Shown piece by piece: positions 11,722 to 21,251 of a DNA stretch of 64,000 nt. Every line of letters begins with the position of its first letter. The first letter of the stretch is position 1. Position numbers and translations under genes: made by a program. The stretch covers positions 251,520 to 315,519 of the forward strand of contig JBBISA010000001.1 in NCBI GenBank assembly GCA_037441525.1, given 5' to 3'. The DNA is from Bacteroidota bacterium (lineage in GTDB: Bacteria > Bacteroidota > Bacteroidia > Bacteroidales > UBA7960). A model generated the notes under the pieces. It ran no database searches, was not told where the DNA came from, and saw only the letters and a list, made by a program, of their open reading frames with translations.

Positions 11722-12573
11722 ATGAACCGAGCAAATAATGAAGAGATAGATATCGGCATTTCCGGAATACGGAAAATTACCGATATCGTTAAGCAGCGTT
11801 ACAATTTCGACCTGAACATTTATGCCGGTACATCGCTTAAAAGACGGATTGCCCGTATAATTCAGAACAATGAGCTGAAAACTCTTGATGGACTGGCAGA
11901 TACGCTCGAAAAAAACCCGTCATTCTTTACCACCTTCCAAACCCAACTTAGCGTAGAAGGCACTGAGTTTTTCAGAGACCCGGCATTCTGGAGATTATTC
12001 AGGGACGAAATATGTAAATCCCTTAAAAATAACCATTCAAAAATTAAAATATGGCTCCCCGGATGTTCATCAGGTGAAGAGGTGATTACAACTGCCATTA
12101 CCCTTAAAGAAGCAGGCATATTAGAAAATTCTGCAATTTTTGCAACAGATTTAAATGACTACATTATCAGTCAAAGCCCTAAAAAAGTTTATAACAATAG
12201 TATCCTCGAAATTTCTGAGAATAACTACAAAAGGTTCAGAGAAGATGAATCTGCTTCATTTTCTATTTATTACAATGCCAAGCCTGGTGGTTTTACATTT
12301 GCTGATGACTTGTATAAAAATATAGACTATGATGTTTTTGATGAAAACGACACCAAAAACATCAAAGCCGTTAATGTTATCATTTGCAGAAACTATTTTA
12401 TATACCTGAACGCAACATACCAGGAAAAACTTCTTGAATTATTTTCTGATAAACTGATAATGAATGGTTTTTTTGCCATTGGGAACAAAGAAACAATTAG
12501 TTTTTGTAAGGATTACCGAAAATTTGCCATAATAAACGAGACTGAGAAAATATATAAGAAAATTGCTCCTTAG
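11722..12573 (+). CDS. cheR: CheR-type protein-glutamate O-methyltransferase (stand-alone)
   Basis: 283 aa. Motifs FFRDPAFW, the SAM-binding IWLPGCSSGEEV, and CRNYFIYL. Confidence 0.85.
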   Translation: MNRANNEEIDIGISGIRKITDIVKQRYNFDLNIYAGTSLKRRIARIIQNNELKTLDGLADTLEKNPSFFTTFQTQLSVEGTEFFRDPAFWRLFRDEICKSLKNNHSKIKIWLPGCSSGEEVITTAITLKEAGILENSAIFATDLNDYIISQSPKKVYNNSILEISENNYKRFREDESASFSIYYNAKPGGFTFADDLYKNIDYDVFDENDTKNIKAVNVIICRNYFIYLNATYQEKLLELFSDKLIMNGFFAIGNKETISFCKDYRKFAIINETEKIYKKIAP

Positions 12574-12631
12574 TTTTTAGTAAGTCCCCAAACCAATTCT
12601 CTAACGAATGATTGTTACATAAGAGTGGTTC

Positions 12632-13207
12632 ATGAAATATAAAATTATAATAATCGGAGGTTCAGCAGGAAGCTTTCAGCTTGTAACCAAAATCCTGAGT
12701 AAGTTGCCGGCTAATTTTAATTACCCGGTTGTTTTGGCATTGCACAGACTTAAGCATGTAAGACACGGATTTGTTGAAGCTCTTTCAATTAAGTCAACCC
12801 TCCCTGTTATTGAACCACACGATAAAGACCCCATAAAACCCGGAAAAGTTTACCTGGCACCAGCCAATTACCATCTTTATATAGAGCTGGCAGGTAAATT
12901 TGCTCTTTCTACCGAAGAACCTGTTAACCATTCACGCCCGGCAATCGACCTTACCTTTGCTACTGGTGCTTATTGCTACAAAGAAAAAACTGTGGGGATT
13001 ATTCTTTCTGGAGCCAACAAAGATGGTGCTATGGGTCTTAAAAAAGTAAAAGATTGGGGCGGACTTACAATCGTTCAGGACCCGGCCGAAGCACAAATAA
13101 CAACAATGCCTTTGGCTGCACTTGAAAAAACCGAGAAAAAGGTAAACCATATTATGAAGGTTGACGAGATAATAAATTTTCTACATTCAATAAATAAGAT
13201 AGCCTGA
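12632..13207 (+). CDS. cheB: CheB-type methylesterase catalytic domain without a receiver domain
   Basis: 191 aa that starts directly with IIIIGGSAGSFQ (Ser motif). It also has ALHRLKH (His) and GANKDGAMGLKKVKDWGGLTIVQD (Asp). There is no REC domain. Confidence 0.8.
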   Translation: MKYKIIIIGGSAGSFQLVTKILSKLPANFNYPVVLALHRLKHVRHGFVEALSIKSTLPVIEPHDKDPIKPGKVYLAPANYHLYIELAGKFALSTEEPVNHSRPAIDLTFATGAYCYKEKTVGIILSGANKDGAMGLKKVKDWGGLTIVQDPAEAQITTMPLAALEKTEKKVNHIMKVDEIINFLHSINKIA

Positions 13208-13369
13208 GAATCAAAAACCTGATAGTTGAAATTATTTTTCGACTTTAATCAGTTTTAAAAGAAAAAACCGAACCGTAATGTCCTTTTTTACGTATTAATA
13301 CTGTGAATAAGCATAAGTGGTTCCACTGTGAAGCCTTAATATCAAATTGCAAAAATTAATAATCAAGCA

Positions 13370-14203
13370 ATGAAAAACTGGAAATTGATACTTTATATAT
13401 TGATTGAATTGGTTTTAATTCTGTTTGCCCGGCTTGTCTTCTTAAATACAGGAAAAATTAACCAGATTCTTACAGGTACCGATTTGCTTTACAAAGCAGA
13501 ACCCCTAATTCAGAACCTAAATATTCTTCAGGCGTTATTGGTTTTCACCCCTTTCATTGTGGTGTTATATCTTATAGTTGCCGAGCTGGCTGCAATGAAC
13601 CGCAAAAGAATTGAGCAGGAACATAAGCTAAAAGAAGCCTCTGAAACTGTTGAAACAGAAGTAAAGGAAGACCCCGAAGAACTGTTGCGGCAACAGGAAC
13701 AATTGCTTGCCGAACAATTGGAAAATAACCGAAAGAAGCTGTATGCCTGCCTTACAAAGGAGCTAAAAAATGGCAAGGTTTCCAACGCAAAAGTCGTTTC
13801 AGAAACAATATTAAGCTGTATATCAAAGGTTTATGAAATAACCCAGGCTGAAATATTCCTAAGGCAGAAAACAACAGAATCAGATAAACTTGTGTTGTCA
13901 TCAACATACGCATTTTATATTCCTGAGGAAAAAGTTTATGAATTCGAAATAGGTGAAGGATTGATTGGGCAGGTGGCAAAGGCAGGCGAAGCTCTGTATA
14001 TTGGTGAGTTGCCCCAGGGCTATATTACAGTTAAGTCGGGTTTGGGCTCTGCTACCCCATCACATCTGGCTATAATTCCATGGAAAAACAAAGAAGGAGA
14101 AGTGTTTGCAATTATTGAAATTGCAACTTTCAAATCATTGACAAAAAAAGACATGGAGCTAATACAGACACTTGACGATAAACTGGTAGATTTCTACCAT
14201 TAA
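13370..14203 (+). CDS. Membrane protein with E/Q-rich coiled coil and C-terminal GAF domain
   Basis: 277 aa with two N-terminal hydrophobic helices and the coiled coil EELLRQQEQLLAEQLENNRKK. The GAF-like C-terminus carries IGEGLIGQVAKAGEALYI. Confidence 0.7.
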   Translation: MKNWKLILYILIELVLILFARLVFLNTGKINQILTGTDLLYKAEPLIQNLNILQALLVFTPFIVVLYLIVAELAAMNRKRIEQEHKLKEASETVETEVKEDPEELLRQQEQLLAEQLENNRKKLYACLTKELKNGKVSNAKVVSETILSCISKVYEITQAEIFLRQKTTESDKLVLSSTYAFYIPEEKVYEFEIGEGLIGQVAKAGEALYIGELPQGYITVKSGLGSATPSHLAIIPWKNKEGEVFAIIEIATFKSLTKKDMELIQTLDDKLVDFYH

Positions 14204-14254
14204 TTTTTTTAATAATTGCGTAATTCACAGGTTTTTTTCCATACTTTTTCAATG

Positions 14255-14262
14255 TATTTTTG
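14255..14262 (+). promoter_or_regulatory. Candidate -7 box (TAnnTTTG) for the PP2C sensor gene
   Basis: TATTTTTG lies 73 nt upstream of ATG 14335. Confidence 0.35.
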
Positions 14263-14334
14263 CGCAATCACATGTTTTAGAGCACCCTTTTGATTATAAT
14301 TTACAGGTGGCCATGTTAACAAACAATTTTATAT

Positions 14335-16926
14335 ATGAAGTTTTTTGATAGAAGACATATAATACTATTTGCCGTAGCTATTGGTTTTGTTTTTCCATTG
14401 TTCGCCTGGATTGTGGAATTAAGCCGCCTAAACCTGAGCCTGAGCCTGTCGGCTATTTCAAATCTTCATCAAAATAACCCCATTGTTTTACTTACCCTTT
14501 TTATTCCAATCATTTTTGGTGTATTAGGATGGATTATTTACTACTATTTGGATAAAAACCAAAAAGAACTTGATGTAGTAAACCAGCAAATGAGCCGCCA
14601 AACACAAAATATACATAAAGTGGCCACATTTGCCGAACAAATTGGAAACGGAAGATACGATATAGAATTTGATGTTGCTGACGACTCAGACACACTGAGC
14701 AAAACTCTTCAAAACCTTCGCGATAAGCTTTTTGAAAACAACCAGAAGGAATACCTCCAAAACTGGGAAATGCGCGGAAAAGACCAGATTAGCCAGATAC
14801 TGCGCATGCACAATGATGTCAATATCCTTAGCTATGAAGTGCTCGAAGCATTGATTAAGTATATTGATGTGGTTCAGGGTGTTTTTTATATTTACGATGA
14901 TGAGGCGGCAGTATTAAGAATTTCTGCATCTTATGCCTACAATCGCAAAAAATACCTTCAAAATGAACTTAGAATTGGTGAAGGGCTGGTAGGCCAGTCG
15001 GCCATCGAAAAAGACATTATTCACCGCACAGAAATACCTGAGTTTTATCTGAGCATTACCTCTGGTATTCTTGGAGAAAAGAAACCCGACAGTATACTGA
15101 TTGTTCCATTATTTATGGAAGAAAAACTCCAGGGAGCTTTCGAGTTTGCATCCATTAAAGAGTTTAAACCTCATGAAATTGAATTTGTTAAAGGCATTGC
15201 AGAAATAGTTGCCCGTACATTTTATAACCTTAAGATTACCGAAAAGACCGAACGACTTTTGCGCGAATCGCAGGAAATGACGCAGGAACTTAAGGAAAAT
15301 GAAGAAGAATTAAGGCAAAATGCCGAAGAAATGCGCCTTACCCAGGAAGAGCTCGAAAAAACCAATGCTCACCTGGAAGAAAAAATTCAGGAAGTAAATC
15401 AGAGCCAGAAAAGACTTTATTCATTGCTTGAAAACGCCTCTGAGCTCATCACTATTTATGATGGCAACAAGCATCTCAAGTATGTCAGCCCCTCAGTAAC
15501 CAACATTCTTGGATACACCGAAGAAGAAATGCTTACGGGTAAAGATTTTGACAGAATCAACAAAAAAGGTCAAACCATAATCAACAAAATGTTTGAAGAC
15601 CTGCTCGAAAACCCCTCTGAATCGCAGGTAATTCAATACTCTTATCTCAATAAATCGGGGGCAATTATTTACCTCGAAACTACCGGCCGCAACCTTATCA
15701 GCGACCCGGCCATAAACGGTTTAATACTCAATACAAGCGATATTACGGAAAGAAAACGTGCAGAAAAGGAGCAACGCATGAGAGGCCAAATGCAAACTCT
15801 CTCCGACAACTCGCCTGACGTTATTCTTCGAATTGACCTAAACCGAATTGTATTTTATGCCAATCCTGCCATCGAAAATTTCACCCAAAGCAAATTGGAA
15901 GATTACAGCAAAAGGCAGATTGATGAAATCGGACTTAATGCCAGAATTGTAGAATATGTTGATTCCATTGCAGAAGAAATCAAAAAAAATAAACTGAAAA
16001 TTCAAAATGAAATAGATTTTGTGCATGGCGGCCGCAAATTGGTTATGAATCTCAATGCAATTCCCGAATTTAATGAAGAAGCGCGGCTTGAAACCATTCT
16101 GTTTATTCTTCATGATATTACCGAACTTAAGAAAATTGAAGAAGAAATAAAAGACAAGAATGCCAAAATCACCGATAGTATAAATTACGCTTTCAGGCTA
16201 CAAAACGCTATATTGCCCAGCCAGAAACTAATACGCCAGGCATTTCCCGATTCCTTTATGTTTTACAAGCCCCGCGATATAGTAAGTGGAGACTTCCCCT
16301 GGATGTACGAAAAAGATGACAATGTTTATATTGCGGCTATTGACTGTACCGGACATGGTGTACCCGGTGCAATGCTTTCACTCATTGGCTACTTCACTAT
16401 GAATCAGATATTAAGCCAACCAAAGGCTTTAAGTCCCGGCGAAATACTTAATCAACTCCATAAAGGAGTTCAACAAACTCTCCGTCAGGATAAAGAAGGT
16501 GCCAGTGCCCGCGATGGAATGGATGTTGCCCTCTGCAAAGTAAACTTCACCAAAATGGAGTTACAGTTTGCCGGAGCACATCGTCCATTATACCATGTGC
16601 GCGGTGGAGAGCTAACCGAATTTAAGGGCACGCGCTCAGCCATCGGAGGTATACCCAAAGAGGGAAAATCTGAAACAGAATTCGAAAATCATGTAATAAA
16701 ACTGGAAAAAAATGATTGCGTTTATTTTTTCTCCGATGGGCTACCCGACCAATTTGGTGGTCCCGAAGGGAAAAAATATTTTCCAAAACGAATAAAAGAG
16801 CATATTATTGAAAATAAAGATGTTCCCATGAGCCAAATGTACAATATCTTTAAAAAAGATTACATTGAATGGCTCGGAAACGAAATGCCTATTGATGATG
16901 TTTTGTTAATAGGTATTAGGTTTTAA
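14335..16926 (+). CDS. Membrane GAF-PAS-PAS sensor with C-terminal SpoIIE/PP2C Ser/Thr phosphatase (SiaA/RsbU-like)
   Basis: 863 aa with 2 TM helices, a GAF domain (RIGEGLVGQSAIEKD), a coiled coil and two PAS-like segments. PP2C motifs are SGDFPWMY, AIDCTGHGVPGAMLS, FFSDGLPDQFG and IDDVLLIGIRF. Confidence 0.88.
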   Translation: MKFFDRRHIILFAVAIGFVFPLFAWIVELSRLNLSLSLSAISNLHQNNPIVLLTLFIPIIFGVLGWIIYYYLDKNQKELDVVNQQMSRQTQNIHKVATFAEQIGNGRYDIEFDVADDSDTLSKTLQNLRDKLFENNQKEYLQNWEMRGKDQISQILRMHNDVNILSYEVLEALIKYIDVVQGVFYIYDDEAAVLRISASYAYNRKKYLQNELRIGEGLVGQSAIEKDIIHRTEIPEFYLSITSGILGEKKPDSILIVPLFMEEKLQGAFEFASIKEFKPHEIEFVKGIAEIVARTFYNLKITEKTERLLRESQEMTQELKENEEELRQNAEEMRLTQEELEKTNAHLEEKIQEVNQSQKRLYSLLENASELITIYDGNKHLKYVSPSVTNILGYTEEEMLTGKDFDRINKKGQTIINKMFEDLLENPSESQVIQYSYLNKSGAIIYLETTGRNLISDPAINGLILNTSDITERKRAEKEQRMRGQMQTLSDNSPDVILRIDLNRIVFYANPAIENFTQSKLEDYSKRQIDEIGLNARIVEYVDSIAEEIKKNKLKIQNEIDFVHGGRKLVMNLNAIPEFNEEARLETILFILHDITELKKIEEEIKDKNAKITDSINYAFRLQNAILPSQKLIRQAFPDSFMFYKPRDIVSGDFPWMYEKDDNVYIAAIDCTGHGVPGAMLSLIGYFTMNQILSQPKALSPGEILNQLHKGVQQTLRQDKEGASARDGMDVALCKVNFTKMELQFAGAHRPLYHVRGGELTEFKGTRSAIGGIPKEGKSETEFENHVIKLEKNDCVYFFSDGLPDQFGGPEGKKYFPKRIKEHIIENKDVPMSQMYNIFKKDYIEWLGNEMPIDDVLLIGIRF

Positions 16927-17051
16927 TACATTACCTTTGACATAGTTCTATGACCCAAAGAAATTGCGCACCACTGAAACAATATGTCGGGGTAAATTAA
17001 TAGAAAACAGAAAAAATAAATGCCTGAGTATAAATTGTAAAATACAGAAAA

Positions 17052-17627
17052 ATGGAAAATGTGGATTACATGAAGCTGGTTTATGACTTTCATAACGAAA
17101 TGTTGAAAAATAAGTTTACACTTGTTTATGAAGGAGAAATCACACATCAGATAACTAAAGCTTTTACATCTCTGGCCGAAAATAAAATGGATAGCTATAG
17201 CGAAGATGCCAACATGAAAAAAAAGGTGTTTCATGTTATGGTTGAATGTTTGCAAAACCTCAGCAAACATGCCGAGGAGCATGCAAATGCTGATGGTACC
17301 GGCTATTCAGGTAACGGTATTTTTATCGTGGGAAGGCTGGGAAATGACAATGAAGACTATCAGATTCTTACCGGCAATGCGGTAGAAAACAGCAAAGTGT
17401 TAGAATTAAAAGCACTACTCGAAAAAATTAACCAACTTGATAAAGAAGGGCTTAAGGAATTGTTCAAAAAACAAATGCGCGAAGGTTCTCTTTCTGAAAA
17501 AGGCGGCGCCGGACTGGGCCTGATAGATATTGCCCGCAAAACCGGCGAAAAACTCGAATTTAACTTTGTTCAGATTGACGAAAAGAACTCATTTTTCCTT
17601 CTCAGAACCCTAATATCTCGCAAATAA
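17052..17627 (+). CDS. SiaB/RsbW-like GHKL-fold protein kinase
   Basis: 191 aa. N-box-like VMVECLQNLSKHA and G-box GGAGLGLIDIARKTG. Its size and its position between a PP2C gene and a DUF1987 gene match SiaB. Confidence 0.75.
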   Translation: MENVDYMKLVYDFHNEMLKNKFTLVYEGEITHQITKAFTSLAENKMDSYSEDANMKKKVFHVMVECLQNLSKHAEEHANADGTGYSGNGIFIVGRLGNDNEDYQILTGNAVENSKVLELKALLEKINQLDKEGLKELFKKQMREGSLSEKGGAGLGLIDIARKTGEKLEFNFVQIDEKNSFFLLRTLISRK

Positions 17628-17661
17628 CAAAACGAATTTACCACAAATAAAAATAAGTATC

Positions 17662-18036
17662 ATGGAAGTAATTAAAATCAAAGGAACGGACGATACTCCA
17701 AATGTTATTCTGGATGCAGGCAATAATATCATTGAATTTTCAGGAAGGTCCCTACCTGAAGATGTCGTAACATTTTATGCTCCGGTAATCAGTTGGATTG
17801 AAGAGTATGCCAAGGCACCTAACCCCAAAATTGATGTAATATTCCGCCTGGAATATTTCAACACGGCCTCTTCCAAAATACTGCTCGATATCCTTTTAAA
17901 ATTTGAAGACATACACAACAGTGGAAATGAAGTAGTTGTACAGTGGTATTTCCAGGAAGACGATGAAGATATGCAGGAAGCCGGAGAAGAGTATTCTGAA
18001 ATAGTGGATATTCCCTTTGAGATGCATAGCTATTAA
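17662..18036 (+). CDS. DUF1987 / SiaC-like regulatory phosphoprotein
   Basis: 124 aa. Motifs GTDDTPNVILD...IIEFSGRSLPED and RLEYFNT(68)ASSKILLDIL, with an acidic C-terminal part. It lies 35 nt after the kinase gene. Confidence 0.75.
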   Translation: MEVIKIKGTDDTPNVILDAGNNIIEFSGRSLPEDVVTFYAPVISWIEEYAKAPNPKIDVIFRLEYFNTASSKILLDILLKFEDIHNSGNEVVVQWYFQEDDEDMQEAGEEYSEIVDIPFEMHSY

Positions 18037-18053
18037 TTTCAATTACATCATAG

Positions 18054-21000
18054 ATGAGTGAAGAGATTCTGAAGGCCCTTATGCAACTCTTTGCAATTAT
18101 TGCAAAGCAGGATGTTGGCCTTTCTGTTAACGAAAGAGAATTTGTTGAGAACTTTCTAAAACAGCAACTCAATGAAAGTTCAGTTAAAGAATATCTCGCC
18201 CTGTTTGACAGTTTCAGCGAAACAGCAAAGCCAAAAGACGAAGATGAAGACCCTGAAAAAATCAGAAAACCCAAGCTCACCTCAGTAAAAGACTCGGTAA
18301 AAACACTTGGTATTGCCAAAAAAATCAACAAAACACTTACTCAAAAGCAAAAAGTTGTTGTGTTGGTTCGTTTGTTCGAGCTCGTAAATTCCGATAAAAA
18401 TTTTACAGCCCAGCGGATGGCTATTATCGACACTGCCGCTGAGGTTTTTAATATCTCAAAGGAAGAGTTTCAGGCCATTTCCTCATTCGTCATCCAAAAC
18501 GACCTGTCACAATTAGATTTTTCCGATGTTCTGATCATTCATGGTGAAACCCTTCATTATACTCATTCTCATCTCATTGAATCCACTCAACTCAACGGAA
18601 GCATCATAATCCTTCGGGTAAAAAGTGTTGACCTCTATTTTTTACGGTATACAGGCGAAAACGAACTACTCCTGAATGGTTTACCCATTTCGAACCAGCG
18701 AATTTATCTTTTTGCCAACGGAAGCGTTATCAAGCAACCTAAAGGTAAGCCCATTTTTTATACCGATGTAGCTGCCAAGTTCCTTTCCGATGCCAGTTCA
18801 ATCAACGTTAGTTTCCTGGCCGAAAATGTTGGACTTACCTTTCCCAACGGTCACATTGGCCTGCGCGATATAAACATTGAAGAGCAGTCAGGTAAAATGG
18901 TGGCCATTATGGGTGGCAGTGGAGCTGGAAAAACTACTCTGCTCAATGTTCTTTCTGGTATAGATAATCCCAGCCTTGGCAAGGTGCAGATAAATGGAGT
19001 AAATCTCCATCAGGAAAAGGAACTGGTGAAGGGTATAATAGGATACATACCCCAGGATGACCTTTTAATTGAAGAACTTACCGTTTTCGAAAATCTATAT
19101 TACAGCACCAAACTCGTTTACCGCGACCTTGATGAAGAAGCCATTAAGGAAAAAGTGAACGGAGTTTTAACAAGCCTGGGTTTATTCCACCGCAAAAACC
19201 TGAAGGTAGGAAACCCACTTGATAAAAAAATTAGCGGCGGCCAACGTAAAAGACTCAATATCGGCCTCGAACTCATCCGTGAACCCGCAGTACTATTTGT
19301 TGATGAGCCTACATCAGGATTGTCATCGAGAGACTCTGAGAATGTGATGGAACTCCTCAGGGAACTTGCAGTCAGAGGCAAGCTGATTTTCGTAGTTATC
19401 CATCAGCCCTCATCAGAGATTTATAAAATGTTCGATAACGTAATTATTCTCGATGAAGGCGGTTATCAAATCTATTATGGCAACCCGGTGGAGGCCGTTA
19501 TTTATTTCAAGAAATTAGATAATCAAATAAACAGCGATATTGGCGAATGTCCCCGGTGTGGCAATGTAAATCCTGAAACCATATTCACCATCATTGAATC
19601 GAGAATTGTGGATGAATATGGTCGCAGTACCAGCAACCGCAAAGTATTGCCCGGCCAATGGGCACAATATTACACCGAGAACAAAAAGGTTCTGCTGGAA
19701 CAATCAAGTTTTGATCCCCTCCCCGACTCCTTCAAAAAACCCAACTGGTTTAACCAGTTAAAAATATTCTTTTCCCGCGACCTGTTCAGCAAACTGGCCA
19801 ATACACAGTATATGGTTCTTAATCTTCTCGAAGCACCAATACTGGCTTTTTTGCTTGCCTATATAATCAGGTATATCGACGACCCCACCTCAAACATTTA
19901 CATTTTCAGGGACAATGAAAATATAATGCCCTATTTGTTTATGTGTACCATCGTGGCGCTATTCGTCGGACTAATTGTTAGCGCTGAAGAAATTTATAAA
20001 GACCGGAAAATACTCAAACGCGAAAGTTTTTTGAACTTAAGCCGCAGCAGTTACCTATTCTCTAAATTAACCATACTGTTCATTATTTCGGCAATACAGG
20101 CAGCTATGTTTGTATTGGTCGGAAATACCATACTTGGAATAAAAGGGATGTATTTCGAATACTGGTTGATGTTCTTTTCCCTGTCAACACTTGCCAATGT
20201 GCTGGGTTTAAATATTTCTGCTGCCTTCAATTCGGCTGTTACCATTTATATACTTATTCCCTTTCTTATCATTCCGCAAATGGTGCTTACAGGTGCCATG
20301 TTCAACTTCGATAAAATTAACCGCAACATTGGTGGTGGTCGCGAAAAAGTGCCCATCATTGCCGAGGTTATGCCATCGCGCTGGGCATTCGAAGCTCTGG
20401 TGGTTAATCAATTTGTAAATAACCCCTACGAAAGTCAGTTTTATGAGCTAAGGAAACTCGAAAGTGCATTTAATTATAAAAATGTATATTACATCCCTGA
20501 GTTGAGAGGCTTCGTTGAAAATTACCGCGCCAACGTTTTATCCAATCAGCCCGACCCTATTTCAAATAACAACATTGAACTTATATTTAACGAAATAACC
20601 AAGGAAAACAATTCTCCGATCGCCAGAAATCACAAGATCATATTTGAGCGAACCAATAAAATTAACCCCCATGATATTAATATGGAACTGGCCAACGAAA
20701 TCCTGGTTTACCTCAACCGTTTGCAGGATTTTTATAGGGTCAATTTCAATATAATGAATGAAAACATCGATCAACGTATAAGCCAGATGGTAAGTACGCC
20801 TGAAAAAAAGACAGAATATCAGAAATTATTCGATGATAATTTCAATACCTATCTTTCAAGATTTGCCCGAAATAGCATGGCACCTCTACCGCTTGTAAGG
20901 CTGGGCAACAAATTAGTTCAAAAAATAGACCCTGTTTACCTCGACCCGCAGGACAGAAGAGCAACAAGTTTTCGATCGCATTTTCTGGCTCCTAATAAAA

Positions 21001-21233
21001 ATGTATTCGGAAATCTGTTCCCAACATTTTATTTCAACCTTAGTATCATTTGGATTTTTACCCTTTTCGCTTATATAGCGCTTTATTACAATGCGCTTAG
21101 CCGATTACTAAATTCGATGGCCTGGCTGGGAGGCAAAGCAGAACCCTTTTTGCAACGTTTTCAACTGAAAAATAAAAAAGATGACAAGACATCATCATCG
21201 GTTGATTCTGACGATAATACATCATCTAATTGA
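18054..21233 (+). CDS. TerB-like domain / ABC ATPase / ABC-2 permease fusion protein (ABCG-type order, NBD before TMD)
   Basis: 1059 aa. Walker A GGSGAGKTTLLNVLSG, signature ISGGQRKRLNIGLEL, Walker B LFVDEPTSGLSS and H-loop VVIHQPS. About 6 TM helices run from aa ~590 to ~790 (…PSRWAFEALVVNQF). The N-terminal ~150 aa is helical and TerB-like. There is also an extra C-terminal soluble domain plus a terminal TM helix. Confidence 0.85.
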   Translation: MSEEILKALMQLFAIIAKQDVGLSVNEREFVENFLKQQLNESSVKEYLALFDSFSETAKPKDEDEDPEKIRKPKLTSVKDSVKTLGIAKKINKTLTQKQKVVVLVRLFELVNSDKNFTAQRMAIIDTAAEVFNISKEEFQAISSFVIQNDLSQLDFSDVLIIHGETLHYTHSHLIESTQLNGSIIILRVKSVDLYFLRYTGENELLLNGLPISNQRIYLFANGSVIKQPKGKPIFYTDVAAKFLSDASSINVSFLAENVGLTFPNGHIGLRDINIEEQSGKMVAIMGGSGAGKTTLLNVLSGIDNPSLGKVQINGVNLHQEKELVKGIIGYIPQDDLLIEELTVFENLYYSTKLVYRDLDEEAIKEKVNGVLTSLGLFHRKNLKVGNPLDKKISGGQRKRLNIGLELIREPAVLFVDEPTSGLSSRDSENVMELLRELAVRGKLIFVVIHQPSSEIYKMFDNVIILDEGGYQIYYGNPVEAVIYFKKLDNQINSDIGECPRCGNVNPETIFTIIESRIVDEYGRSTSNRKVLPGQWAQYYTENKKVLLEQSSFDPLPDSFKKPNWFNQLKIFFSRDLFSKLANTQYMVLNLLEAPILAFLLAYIIRYIDDPTSNIYIFRDNENIMPYLFMCTIVALFVGLIVSAEEIYKDRKILKRESFLNLSRSSYLFSKLTILFIISAIQAAMFVLVGNTILGIKGMYFEYWLMFFSLSTLANVLGLNISAAFNSAVTIYILIPFLIIPQMVLTGAMFNFDKINRNIGGGREKVPIIAEVMPSRWAFEALVVNQFVNNPYESQFYELRKLESAFNYKNVYYIPELRGFVENYRANVLSNQPDPISNNNIELIFNEITKENNSPIARNHKIIFERTNKINPHDINMELANEILVYLNRLQDFYRVNFNIMNENIDQRISQMVSTPEKKTEYQKLFDDNFNTYLSRFARNSMAPLPLVRLGNKLVQKIDPVYLDPQDRRATSFRSHFLAPNKNVFGNLFPTFYFNLSIIWIFTLFAYIALYYNALSRLLNSMAWLGGKAEPFLQRFQLKNKKDDKTSSSVDSDDNTSSN

Positions 21234-21251
21234 AATTAAACCATTTAAACT

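Noticed and set aside
16923-18331. Antisense ORFs 16923..17282 (119 aa) and 17858..18331 (157 aa)
   Set aside because: They overlap the SiaB-like, DUF1987 and ABC gene starts on the opposite strand. The plus-strand genes have recognisable motifs and tight spacing, and the antisense products have none.
18054-18500. TerB-like head as a sign of a tellurite-resistance (ter) operon
   Set aside because: No terA/C/D/E/Z-type genes are nearby. The domain is fused to an ABC transporter and is better read as a regulatory or membrane-proximal module.
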